Source: a virus. From it: a stretch of DNA of 64,000 nucleotides. Location of the stretch: positions 32,001-96,000 of the IMG/VR virus record IMGVR_UViG_3300045988_106519. One strand, 5' to 3'. The position numbers and the translations under genes were made by a program. This document shows, in pieces, positions 16,177-24,278 of this stretch (positions are counted from its first letter, which is position 1; the number at the start of each line of letters is the position of its first letter). A model generated the notes under the pieces. That model was not told the DNA's origin. It made no database searches and saw nothing but the letters and a program-made list of their open reading frames with translations.

Positions 16177-16529
16177 GCTATTTGTATTTCTACTTTATCA
16201 AAAGGACACTGAGCAAATAATACTCTTTCTAATGTTTCAAGACATACACAGGCTATAGAATTTCCTCTTCTAACACCTTTAAAAGTAGCTCCTTCATTTG
16301 CCTTAAAATATAGAATCTCATGTTCCTTAGGAAAACAAGATAACAAAGAAGTCATAGCAGCATCAGTAAGCCAATATTCTTGGTAGTATCTACCTTTATG
16401 AGTCTTGGACATAACAATGCTATTATGTTTCTGCTTAAGTAACTTATCTGTAGCTGTTGGCTCATTCTTAGCCATAAATCCAAGATTATAGTTTGGATAT
16501 GTATCAAAAAACTCTTTTACTTGTATCAT
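16173..16529 (-). CDS. hypothetical protein (start trimmed to MIQVKEFF)
   Basis: ORF track. The first 24 codons of the track ORF are low-complexity. Confidence 0.55.
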   Translation of the reverse strand: MIQVKEFFDTYPNYNLGFMAKNEPTATDKLLKQKHNSIVMSKTHKGRYYQEYWLTDAAMTSLLSCFPKEHEILYFKANEGATFKGVRRGNSIACVCLETLERVLFAQCPFDKVEIQIA

Positions 16530-16807
16530 TGTGATAATGTTTTTGTAATACTTAAAGAGAAATGTTGTAAAAAATGTAATATTGCTAAGTAGTTTTAACA
16601 AAAAAGTAGCTGGATAAGTTGCTGAAAGATAGATAGTTGACTTTTAAGAAGCAGTAAAAAATACTATAGGATTTAAAAGTGTGAAAGAATTGCCAGTTAA
16701 GAAAACCTCTTTATTGGGGAGAGGATTAATAACCAGCAATTCTAACACCTAACTATCTATAACACAATTACTTACAAACTTATTACACATACAATTTTAC
16801 TGTGCAA

Positions 16808-17128
16808 TTAGATGCCTAAATTGACATCCTGCCAAGCATTAGCACCAGCATTGCAAAGTGAGAAGTTACCACTATCAAGTTCAACAACCTGTAGTTCATC
16901 CTTTTTCTCTGCAATCTCCTTAGGTGAGAGAACACCAAGTTTAGAAGAGAAGGCTACAAAGGTTCTTGTGTTATCACTTGGATTAGTGAAGATGCAAGAC
17001 TTGAACATTTCTCCTGACTCTTGGTTGACAAATTCTCCAACCTGCATTTTACCATGAGACTTAGCAAAGTCAATGAGAGACCATGAATCCTTGATACCTT
17101 TCAAAACTGAACCATTATTGGTAGACAT
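16808..17128 (-). CDS. WSL-MQVGEF-FKSC-FVAFSSKLG family protein, stand-alone copy 1
   Basis: About 55-60% identical by eye to 19945..20274. The same domain occurs at the C-termini of 48472..49011 and 49004..49783. Confidence 0.75.
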   Translation of the reverse strand: MSTNNGSVLKGIKDSWSLIDFAKSHGKMQVGEFVNQESGEMFKSCIFTNPSDNTRTFVAFSSKLGVLSPKEIAEKKDELQVVELDSGNFSLCNAGANAWQDVNLGI

Positions 17129-17175
17129 TATACTTCCTCATCTCAGAGGCACTATCATTTGTAGACAATGACTAA

Positions 17176-17192
17176 CTGACTGCAATATAATA
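17176..17192 (-). promoter_or_regulatory. -7-like promoter box TATATTGCAGT about 55 nt upstream of 16808..17128
   Basis: Resembles the TAnnTTTGCAGT boxes at 21982 and 24555. The counterpart in the paralog upstream region is TCCATTTGTCAGT. Confidence 0.35.
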
Positions 17193-17263
17193 TTATTCCT
17201 CAAGGACAGTCAACCCTATTGGAATTATAAAACTATTAGAAGGCAGATATTCTGAGAATCCTC

Positions 17264-17300
17264 TATATCCCCTCAAGATATAGGAGTGGTGATGTGTCCC
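17264..17300 (-). repeat. conserved non-coding block shared with 20427..20465; partial third copy at 17951..17974
   Basis: Plus strand TATATCCCCTCAAGATATAGGAGTGGTGATGTGTCCC versus TATATCCCACTCCAAGATATAGTGGGGGTGGTGTGTTAC. Confidence 0.6.
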
Positions 17301-17578
17301 TTAAAATCTTATAAAACTATAAAACTTCTTTTCTTACAGAACTTACAGAAAAGAAAGAAATATATAAAGAAAGAAAAGATATGAGATTTGACATACATAA
17401 TCTATGTATAAGAAGTTTGTTGAATACAATTTCATTGACCTTTACTATAGGTATTGTTAATATAATGAATAGTATTCTATTCATCAATAAGTAATAAGAT
17501 ATTGTGAAGAAAAATACTATAGAATTAAATAAACAAATACTAATCTATTAATCAATAAATCATATGCTTCTGTTTCAA

Positions 17579-17619
17579 CAAATGCTAAAGTATTGAGGTA
17601 TTAAATGCTAAAGTATTGA
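17579..17619. repeat. 17-bp direct repeat AAATGCTAAAGTATTGA, two copies
   Basis: Exact copies start at 17580 and 17603. Confidence 0.8.
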
Positions 17620-17950
17620 ACAGAAAGTACTAGTGTAATAAAAATACGCTACTAATATAGTTAAATATGTTAAATAATTTGGTAATATAAAAACTCAGCA
17701 TATATTACTATATAATAGTAACAGATTTTCAACAAATAGGGTAGAGTGGATTAGTTCTATAGGGTTTAGTGAAGCAATATATTGTACAGAATGAAACAAC
17801 ATTTAGTGTAGATAAGCATAGATAAGTAGGGTAGATATGAGTAATTAAGTACTAAAGAATGAGGTATACAAATACTATAGAAGTTACTCAATATTTAGTA
17901 AAGAATAATATCAACAAATACTATTGTGTTTAATGATATTTACTATAAAA

Positions 17951-17974
17951 GACTAACTGTGATGTGTTCCCTTT
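17951..17974 (-). repeat. third, condensed copy of the conserved upstream blocks (GACTAACTG + TGATGTGTTCCCTT)
   Basis: Combines the two blocks found at 17170 and 17289 upstream of 16808..17128. Confidence 0.45.
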
Positions 17975-18200
17975 AGCTTATTAATCTAAGTATATTTGAA
18001 GAGGAATGTTCCTTCTGACCAGTAAAAGATAATAGTAGTAAGATTTATATAGAATAAGCTAAGTTTCTGTTTAGAATTGTGCTACTTTTCTCTCTTGGTT
18101 TGAGAGATTAGAGTGACTGAAAAATACTGATAGTACATCTTTATATGTTTGCATATATTATTGTAAAAACTGTAGTATAAGCTAAAAACTAATGATTGAA

Positions 18201-18236
18201 ATAAAAAAGCTAGCCCAATAGGGTTAGCTTTTATTC
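18201..18236 (-). terminator. rho-independent terminator (bidirectional architecture)
   Basis: 10-bp stem AAGCTAGCCC/GGGTTAGCTT with loop AATA, flanked by an A-run and a T-run. Lies just downstream of 18247..18441. Confidence 0.7.
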
Positions 18237-18246
18237 TGTCTAAGAC

Positions 18247-18441
18247 TTAAGACCTTAAAAATTTATACCAAGTTGAATAACCACTATACTTAATAAACTC
18301 TCTAAAGGTGATATTATTGTAGCACCATACAATTAAAGTTATATCAAGTGCTGCAAGAACTAACCAAGTAAGAGATAACTCTGTACAGCAGATGAGCAAT
18401 GTAGAAAGAGTAAATGTTATGTAAAATATGATTGCTTTCAT
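18247..18441 (-). CDS. small membrane protein with two TM segments
   Basis: ORF track; hydrophobic throughout. Confidence 0.55.
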   Translation of the reverse strand: MKAIIFYITFTLSTLLICCTELSLTWLVLAALDITLIVWCYNNITFREFIKYSGYSTWYKFLRS

Positions 18442-18507
18442 GATTGATATTTTTTATGAATGGAAAAAGGCTGCAAGGTAATGTACCAAGCAGCCTTTGT
18501 TTAGTGA

Positions 18508-18765
18508 TTATAGTCCAAGAGCTTTGCAGTGAATATTGTACTCTTCAATAGAGACCTTGATGTTTCTTCCAAAGATTTTGATTGTCTTGTACTTTGGAGT
18601 GATAGTATTGTCCTTGAAGATAGGTACATCAATACTTATCTCTCCATTTATTATCATGTTGTTGAAGTGAGAATGTCTTTCTTCAAGCATATTAAGGTGA
18701 ACTCTCTTGCTGGCTTCATAGTTATCACTTGAGCATACAGCATTACGGTTGATTTTCTTTCTCAT
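18508..18765 (-). CDS. hypothetical protein
   Basis: ORF track. Confidence 0.55.
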   Translation of the reverse strand: MRKKINRNAVCSSDNYEASKRVHLNMLEERHSHFNNMIINGEISIDVPIFKDNTITPKYKTIKIFGRNIKVSIEEYNIHCKALGL

Positions 18766-18782
18766 AGTTGTAAAGGATTTAG

Positions 18783-19061
18783 TTATTGATAAAGCTTGTT
18801 TATAAAATAGGAAAGTGTGCTTTCACATTGAATACTATCTAGTTTAGCTCTTGACTCATAATAATCTTGTGGGTCAAAAGCATCTACCCAGTCATATTTA
18901 TTATCAAGAGTATCAAGCAAATCTTCTGTAGCTTTGTTGTATGAATTATAAGCACTAAGAAGATTGTTAACTCTTGTATTGTTAGTATTTTGGCATACCA
19001 TAAAACCTGCAACCATACCAATTATCATTGATATGATGCAAAGAATGATAATTTTTTTCAT
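18783..19061 (-). CDS. membrane-anchored hypothetical protein
   Basis: N-terminal TM segment MKKIIILCIISMIIGMVAGFMV. Confidence 0.55.
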   Translation of the reverse strand: MKKIIILCIISMIIGMVAGFMVCQNTNNTRVNNLLSAYNSYNKATEDLLDTLDNKYDWVDAFDPQDYYESRAKLDSIQCESTLSYFINKLYQ

Positions 19062-19077
19062 TGTTATTGTGTGTAGA

Positions 19078-19112
19078 TAATAAAAGGTAAGAAAATCAAT
19101 GTCTTCTTACCC
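19078..19112 (-). terminator. rho-independent terminator
   Basis: Minus strand has stem GGTAAGAA/TTCTTACC followed by TTTTATT, downstream of 19127..19453. Confidence 0.6.
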
Positions 19113-19126
19113 TAATCTTTATATCA

Positions 19127-19453
19127 TTAAATATCTGATGGAATAGCTGGTATATCACAATATCCTACTATTATTCCTTCATATTTTAAGTTTGAATAAT
19201 AATGAACTTCTACTTCTTCTGATGTATTAAGGTCATTATCATAACTGTCTTCTGTAGACCAGTTATATTCAAATGACATCTTAAAGAGTCTTTTCTGTGC
19301 ATACATTATACACTCATAATGGGTATTATTACCACCTGTAGGATATCCTATTACATCAAGTACTACTGCTTTTATAGGATGCTCTACATTAGGAATAGTT
19401 ATTTCTAATATCTGTCCTTTCTCTATAGGTTGTCCATATATTATTTTTTCCAT
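19127..19453 (-). CDS. hypothetical protein
   Basis: ORF track. Confidence 0.6.
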   Translation of the reverse strand: MEKIIYGQPIEKGQILEITIPNVEHPIKAVVLDVIGYPTGGNNTHYECIMYAQKRLFKMSFEYNWSTEDSYDNDLNTSEEVEVHYYSNLKYEGIIVGYCDIPAIPSDI

Positions 19454-19511
19454 AATTCTTTTATTTAGAAGTAGTGCAGAGTTTTTTACTCCACACTACT
19501 TGTTATACATA

Positions 19512-19856
19512 TTACCATTCACCTTTCAAGGTGGCAATGAGTTCTTCTCTTACATAAGAAGGAAGCTCTACACCATAGGCTTCATCAAAGAATTTGCCTA
19601 ATGTAAGTACAAAAGTATCTGTTACTTCATTAGTTTCACCTACTGTAAAGAATACTTCATATCCATCTATAGGTATAGTTTCTCCTTCTTTTGGAACAGC
19701 ATAGCCATTAAACTCTATCATATCTCCTTGGAAGTCGGCAAGGTCATTTAAACAGTCTTCAAAATGATATATCATGAAGTTTTTTAGTTCTTCACAATTG
19801 TTGAGGCATTCAAATGTTGGAATTTTATTTTCAATCATAATAAAAACAGTCTTCAT
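19512..19856 (-). CDS. hypothetical acidic protein
   Basis: ORF track. Confidence 0.6.
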   Translation of the reverse strand: MKTVFIMIENKIPTFECLNNCEELKNFMIYHFEDCLNDLADFQGDMIEFNGYAVPKEGETIPIDGYEVFFTVGETNEVTDTFVLTLGKFFDEAYGVELPSYVREELIATLKGEW

Positions 19857-19944
19857 ACTAGAGTAGACTGAAAGAACTTTTGTTAATACTTTAAAGAATG
19901 ATTATTTTAATGAAAGGAGGAGCAGAAGCCCCTCCTTTATATTC

Positions 19945-20274
19945 TTAGAGTCCAAGGTCAACATTTTCCCAAGAGTCCTGCCCCTGATGGCAAAGTGAAT
20001 ACATGTCATCACCATCCTTTGTCTCACAGAGAACCACCTGAAGGTCATCCTTCTGTGCTGCAATTTCTCTTGGAGAGAGAACACCAAGCTTGCTGCTGAA
20101 TGCAACAAAGGTGCGAGTGTCACCCTTTGTGAAGATGCAGCTCTTAAATTTGTCACCAGATTCTGAGTTTACAAACTCACCAACCTGCATCTTAGGACCA
20201 AACTCTCTTGCAAATGAGAGAAGTGACCAGCTGTTCTTGATTTTGTTTGCCTGTGCCATAGATAGTTGCCTCAT
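19945..20274 (-). CDS. WSL-MQVGEF-FKSC-FVAFSSKLG family protein, stand-alone copy 2 (may start at the second Met, 20259)
   Basis: Paralog of 16808..17128. Followed by the hairpin at 19913..19938. Confidence 0.75.
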   Translation of the reverse strand: MRQLSMAQANKIKNSWSLLSFAREFGPKMQVGEFVNSESGDKFKSCIFTKGDTRTFVAFSSKLGVLSPREIAAQKDDLQVVLCETKDGDDMYSLCHQGQDSWENVDLGL

Positions 20275-20426
20275 AGCAGGACTTCATTAGTGCTATGCCT
20301 TTAGTTCCTCGGATGCTTTCTCCAGAGGCATGTATGCAGATGGATATTTGCCATTGAACAAACTGACAAATGGAAGGTTACTATTCTTCACCCTCAAATC
20401 ATCATGGAATGAAATACCCCAGGGGG

Positions 20427-20465
20427 TATATCCCACTCCAAGATATAGTGGGGGTGGTGTGTTAC
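20427..20465 (-). repeat. conserved non-coding block, copy of 17264..17300
   Basis: See 17264..17300. Confidence 0.6.
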
Positions 20466-20604
20466 ATTATCTTCCCTCTTTATACACACACTTCATTTTT
20501 CATCATTATCTATATCTACACATTTTATTATATACTATTTTGCTGTTAAAAGTATTATAAGTAACTTTGCAACAGAGCATTAGTAACAAATACATCTATA
20601 AGAA

Positions 20605-20925
20605 ATGAAAGGATTGGAAGTATATATCTCAAAGCATGGTAGGCACTTTACTGAAAGACTTGCCATTGCAGCTATAGACAATAGATGGAGTCCCTCAGAA
20701 ATAGAAAGATCTTCTGAAGCAATGGTTTATTATAATGTGTCTGAGGCAACATTAGGAGATATAGTATTTCTAGTCAATAAGTATAAGAAGAATCATTGTT
20801 GTGCTACTAAGAAGAAATGTCTTAGATATGCTCTTAATATAATAGGAGATTATAGTTCCAATGGTTATGCTTTTACTCTGTTTACTTTACTGAATAGCAG
20901 TATAGATTTAAAAGAATATGTATAA
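20605..20925 (+). CDS. hypothetical protein
   Basis: ORF track; followed by a terminator hairpin. Confidence 0.55.
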   Translation: MKGLEVYISKHGRHFTERLAIAAIDNRWSPSEIERSSEAMVYYNVSEATLGDIVFLVNKYKKNHCCATKKKCLRYALNIIGDYSSNGYAFTLFTLLNSSIDLKEYV

Positions 20926-20933
20926 AACAATAT

Positions 20934-20960
20934 AAGAGGAGGCTATTACAGCTTCCTCTT
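20934..20960. terminator. hairpin between convergent genes
   Basis: AAGAGGAGGC-tattaca-GCTTCCTCTT. Confidence 0.55.
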
Positions 20961-20995
20961 ATCCAATTAATTATAAATCTTTAAACGTATGAACA

Positions 20996-21379
20996 TTATT
21001 TTACATTACCTAACTTATCTGCCCAAGCTTCTGTGTAAAACCAATTGTATGATTTGTCTGGAGCTATAGTCTTATGTGTCATAGCCCATAGTATACTTGG
21101 AATACCTATTATAATAAGGTATAGTGGTCCGAGATACAAACTCTGCCTTGTATGTCCATACTCATGTTTTATAGTATTCTCAGTTGCTTTTGGAGAAATG
21201 AATATGTAATTTCCAAATGTTACACTTCCTGAAGAATACTTTGTATAAACCTTTATCCCTTTATATTTTGTTATTGCAGGAATCTGATTCTCTACTATCA
21301 AATAGCTCAAATAAATTAGAGCAATAATGTTCTGAGGCAACTGCCAAATGTATTTCAGAACTGACTTTATTCTTTTCAT
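20996..21379 (-). CDS. small membrane protein with an HExxH zincin motif
   Basis: HEYGH motif between hydrophobic segments (IIALIYLSYLIV and LYLIIIGIPSILWA). Confidence 0.55.
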   Translation of the reverse strand: MKRIKSVLKYIWQLPQNIIALIYLSYLIVENQIPAITKYKGIKVYTKYSSGSVTFGNYIFISPKATENTIKHEYGHTRQSLYLGPLYLIIIGIPSILWAMTHKTIAPDKSYNWFYTEAWADKLGNVK

Positions 21380-21387
21380 AGTAATCT

Positions 21388-21855
21388 TTATTTTATTGTT
21401 ATCTCAATATTCTCACCTTTCTTGTATGCAGTATACATTATATTATATAGCTTCAAGAAATAGTCCTTTGACTTTGTAACCATTCCTTTCACATCATTCT
21501 TTCCTACAAGTATACAACCTTCTGTATCTTTGGCTGTGTTTCCTGCATGTATCAGTACACCATCATATCCAGGAACTTTCTCAAGTCTTGGTATTCTTGC
21601 ACCATTACAATTCTTTACATACCAACTACTCTTGCTGTATTTTGGACTAACAATATCCATACTTATCTTATAAGTTCCAGTAGGTATTGCTGTTTCACCA
21701 ACTTTCTTCTTTTTCTTAATCTCTTCAATGGACATACTGCTTGTTAAACTTCTATCTCTATCTTCCAAAGTATTTGAGAAGAATACACCATCAACATATA
21801 ACTTACCAATAGTATAATCCTTTTTTTTCCATTTTCTATCTATCAATATCTTCAT
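21388..21855 (-). CDS. YkuD-fold-like (DUF5675-like) putative cell-wall peptidase / endolysin candidate
   Basis: GKLYVDG.FFSNTLEDRDR...GETAIPTGTYK...LIHAGNTAKDTEGCILVG carries an L,D-transpeptidase-like His...Gly-Cys catalytic pattern. Confidence 0.5.
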   Translation of the reverse strand: MKILIDRKWKKKDYTIGKLYVDGVFFSNTLEDRDRSLTSSMSIEEIKKKKKVGETAIPTGTYKISMDIVSPKYSKSSWYVKNCNGARIPRLEKVPGYDGVLIHAGNTAKDTEGCILVGKNDVKGMVTKSKDYFLKLYNIMYTAYKKGENIEITIK

Positions 21856-21981
21856 ATTATATATGTATTAGTTATAACACAAAGGTACTATTATATGTTT
21901 CTCTATGAAAGTAGTTAAATGAATGTATTAACATGATATAAATGGTATTATTAGGTTATTGTCATGTAAGTCTATTGATTA

Positions 21982-22000
21982 TATCTTTGCAGTACTTAAA
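21982..22000 (+). promoter_or_regulatory. Bacteroidota-type -7 promoter box TATCTTTG, extended as TATCTTTGCAGTACTTAAA
   Basis: Matches the TAnnTTTG consensus. Nearly identical 19-mer at 24555. Lies 10 nt upstream of the ATG at 22010. Confidence 0.5.
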
Positions 22001-22009
22001 GAAAACAAA

Positions 22010-22633
22010 ATGGAAAAGTTAAAGAAATATGTTTGTATTGGAAGTATTGTATTAATGATAATAACAATAATTGTTCTATGTTTTATACTTAAAAGTAAGG
22101 TCAAAACGGAGAATAGATGGAAAGAAGCTATTACTAATGTAAAGTCCTACGAGAATATGTTCAGTGATTCTAAGGACAATAGTATAGCATTCCAATTGAC
22201 TATTGCTCAGTTGAAGCATTCCAATGACTCCATCTTCCAAGAGCTTAATAATACAAGAAAGGAACTGAAGATAAAAGACTCCAAGCTAAAGAGCTTGCAG
22301 CATATATCTTCTAACTTCACAAAATCTGATATTATAATTTTGAAAGACACTGTTTTTAAAAACAAGGGGATTAATATTGATACTCTGTTATCAGATGAAT
22401 GGTATTCTGTGAGGGTTGGTCTAAGATACCCTTCATCTGTAACTGTCACACCAAAATTCAAGAGTGTGAAAACTGTGATAGTATCAACTAAGAAGGAAAC
22501 AGTTAATCCTCCAAAGAGGTTCTTCTTATTCAGATGGTTTCAAAAGAAACACACTGTTCTACATGTGAATGTAGTTGAGAAGAATCCTTATATAGAAAGT
22601 CAGGATAACAGATACGTTGAGATTATTAAGTAA
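22010..22633 (+). CDS. membrane-anchored coiled-coil protein (start trimmed to MEKLKKYV)
   Basis: N-terminal TM segment IGSIVLMIITIIVLCFIL, then a heptad-like region. Has its own promoter and terminator. Confidence 0.6.
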   Translation: MEKLKKYVCIGSIVLMIITIIVLCFILKSKVKTENRWKEAITNVKSYENMFSDSKDNSIAFQLTIAQLKHSNDSIFQELNNTRKELKIKDSKLKSLQHISSNFTKSDIIILKDTVFKNKGINIDTLLSDEWYSVRVGLRYPSSVTVTPKFKSVKTVIVSTKKETVNPPKRFFLFRWFQKKHTVLHVNVVEKNPYIESQDNRYVEIIK

Positions 22634-22682
22634 GTAGTATTCTATTTGCTTTTTTATTATTTTTTAATTGTTAGGTTGGTTC

Positions 22683-22713
22683 TCCCCCTGTCAGCGGACA
22701 GAGGGAGTTTTTG
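22683..22713 (+). terminator. rho-independent terminator
   Basis: CTCCCCCTGTC-agcg-GACAGAGGGAG followed by TTTTTG. Confidence 0.7.
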
Positions 22714-22725
22714 TTTTATCAAAGT

Positions 22726-23910
22726 CTATTTGGATTTATGATAGATAAGCTTCTCTATATAAGCAATAACCTTTTCATTGGCTTTATTGATATTGGTATA
22801 ATCCTTTTGTATATAGATGTCAGTAATACTCATATCTGATACATGGTTCAATGCTTCATGTATAGTATACTTATCTATACCAAGCCTGTTTCTTGCTATT
22901 GATGCCCAAGTATGTCTGGCAGAATAGAAATCAAAATGAGGAATACTCAAGGTGTCTGCAATTATATACAGTCCTTTATTTATATGTTTGTTGAAATTAG
23001 CTGCATTGCTATACTTCTTATAGAAGTTAAACACTCTTGAGTCTCCTTTATATTTATCAAAAAGAGGTTTTATTATATTAGGTACTGCTATTTCAATATG
23101 TGCATTATCTATTCTTCTATCTCTTGTCTTTGCTCTGTCATAAGCAAGTACACCATTACTATATGATGTACATTCATATAGATCAACAGAGTTCATACCT
23201 ATAAGACAGAATGATAAAATATAGCAATCCCTTGCCATTCCAACTCTTCTTGTTCCATGAAAGTTAAATAGTTTAATTAGGTTATCAACACTGATAATTC
23301 TATTCTTTGTCATTGATACACTCTTAGGAATGATAAAGCTATTAAATGGATTATTGGTTATTACCTTGTTATCATCCATATTATATTCTCTTATAGCCTC
23401 ATTGAATATATGACGCATACAACCTAAGTATAAAGACTGTGCTCTTGGATGTCCAGTAAGATAATCTTTATAGTTGTTGAGAAGATTATAATTAATATCA
23501 GAGAATAAAAGTGTGTCACTTTTTAGAAATCTGTATAAAGAATTAAGCATAATAGAGTAGTTGCCTTTTCCTTTATTATTTGATTTCTCAACCCACTTTC
23601 TTGTATATTCAAAAAAGTCCAGTGTCTTGACATTACCTGTTAATTGAGAATATATCCATTCAATATCAGCATCTTTATTTCCCAAGCTAGTCTCTATTTC
23701 ATATAACCTATTCTTTAAAGTATTTATAGTGTCTTCAATATTTCTTTTAAGACTATCAGACTTTATCTTTCCTTGTTTTGTTAGGTCACACTCCTTTATA
23801 ACAATATTTGTATGGATTCTCTTTCTTATTCCTTTATGAGATAGTGTTATTGAAACTTTCCTTGTCTTATCTTTTTTAGGTTCTTCTATTTTATATGTGA
23901 TTGTAGCCAT
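22726..23910 (-). CDS. int: tyrosine recombinase / phage integrase (Bacteroidota type)
   Basis: C-terminal catalytic pattern FYSARHTWASIA (R-H-x-x-R context) ... ALNH ... DIYIQKDY (His/Tyr). Has an N-terminal arm-binding-like beta region and sits next to a tRNA-derived sequence. Confidence 0.9.
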   Translation of the reverse strand: MATITYKIEEPKKDKTRKVSITLSHKGIRKRIHTNIVIKECDLTKQGKIKSDSLKRNIEDTINTLKNRLYEIETSLGNKDADIEWIYSQLTGNVKTLDFFEYTRKWVEKSNNKGKGNYSIMLNSLYRFLKSDTLLFSDINYNLLNNYKDYLTGHPRAQSLYLGCMRHIFNEAIREYNMDDNKVITNNPFNSFIIPKSVSMTKNRIISVDNLIKLFNFHGTRRVGMARDCYILSFCLIGMNSVDLYECTSYSNGVLAYDRAKTRDRRIDNAHIEIAVPNIIKPLFDKYKGDSRVFNFYKKYSNAANFNKHINKGLYIIADTLSIPHFDFYSARHTWASIARNRLGIDKYTIHEALNHVSDMSITDIYIQKDYTNINKANEKVIAYIEKLIYHKSK

Positions 23911-23948
23911 AGCAATGTTAACTTATGATTGTCGTTTTATGTCATTAA

Positions 23949-23986
23949 CTGCAATAATTTATATCTATTGAATTAATTCTGCAATA
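23949..23986. repeat. two CTGCAATA repeats left of the tRNA-like core (candidate arm-type sites)
   Basis: CTGCAATA at 23949 and 23979. Confidence 0.4.
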
Positions 23987-24017
23987 TTTTCATCCTTTAA
24001 ATACTATAACTCTCTCT

Positions 24018-24092
24018 GTTTCAATAGCTCAGTTGGATTAGAGCAACAGCCTTCTAAGCTGTGGGTCTTGGGTTCGAACCCCAACGGAATCA
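24018..24092 (+). tRNA. tRNA-Arg(UCU)-derived sequence with a non-pairing 5' acceptor strand; putative attP core
   Basis: D arm, anticodon arm (ACAGC/CTTCTAA/GCTGT), T arm (TTGGG/TTCGAAC/CCCAA) and 3' strand CGGAATC-A are intact. The 5' strand GTTTCAA pairs at only 4 of 7 positions. Confidence 0.6.
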
Positions 24093-24121
24093 CAACGAAA
24101 AAATGCTTCAAATTTGATTGT

Positions 24122-24168
24122 ATCGCTAATAGCTTATTTATCAAGCTGTTAGCGATATTTTTTTATTG
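24122..24168 (+). terminator. rho-independent terminator after the tRNA-like sequence
   Basis: ATCGCTAATAGCT ... AGCTGTTAGCGAT followed by ATTTTTTTTATT. Confidence 0.65.
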
Positions 24169-24247
24169 TATTATATACTAATGTCTATAATTTCTTTTGC
24201 TTATTGAAATTTCTTTGTTATGTATTTAAAGATATGTAATGGGAAGT

Positions 24248-24278
24248 ATTGCAACATTATTGCAATAAAATTGCAATT
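24248..24278. repeat. three ATTGCAA(C/T) repeats phased at 11 bp (operator or arm-type site array)
   Basis: Copies start at 24248, 24259 and 24270. Confidence 0.5.

Larger units (their letters stand above)
17510..18135. repeat. dispersed iteron-like repeats in the ORF-free AT-rich region
   Basis: A(A/C)AAATACT(A/G)(T)ATAG-type motif at 16656, 17510, 17868, 17914 and 18120. TCAACAAAT occurs three times. TAGATAAG occurs twice. Confidence 0.55.

Noticed and set aside
17165-17192. An E. coli-type sigma-70 promoter on the plus strand (TAGACA-N18-TATAAT), antisense to the leader of 16808..17128.
   Set aside because: The same bases read on the minus strand give the TATATTGCAGT box shared with the other promoter-like sites in this genome. 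The other evidence points to a Bacteroidota host, which does not use -35/-10 promoters.
16602-18246. Large ornate ncRNA (GOLLD/ROOL-like) in the ORF-free region.
   Set aside because: The region is extremely AT-rich and dominated by short dispersed direct repeats rather than GC-supported nested helices. I cannot support a specific RNA family by eye. It stays open only as an alternative within the iteron finding.
210-20560. Plus-strand ORFs inside the minus-strand block: 210..461, 3185..3376, 4086..4361, 5614..5802, 6105..6317, 6778..6978, 7482..7766, 8387..8581, 9579..9767, 14107..14376, 15794..16258, 16812..17057, 18529..18732, 20090..20290 and 20330..20560. Also the minus-strand ORFs 11745..11936 and 19902..20156.
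   Set aside because: All are antisense to, or out of frame with, better ORFs or hand-translated small genes that show start/stop coupling. Their products are low-complexity Phe/Ile/Leu/Ser-rich sequences typical of shadow ORFs in AT-rich DNA.
22726-24168. The window being an integrated prophage junction (attL/attR) in a bacterial chromosome.
   Set aside because: Both sides of the tRNA-like element are phage-like DNA (integrase and lysis genes on one side, the virion operon on the other), and no bacterial housekeeping genes appear. This is more consistent with attP on a phage genome.
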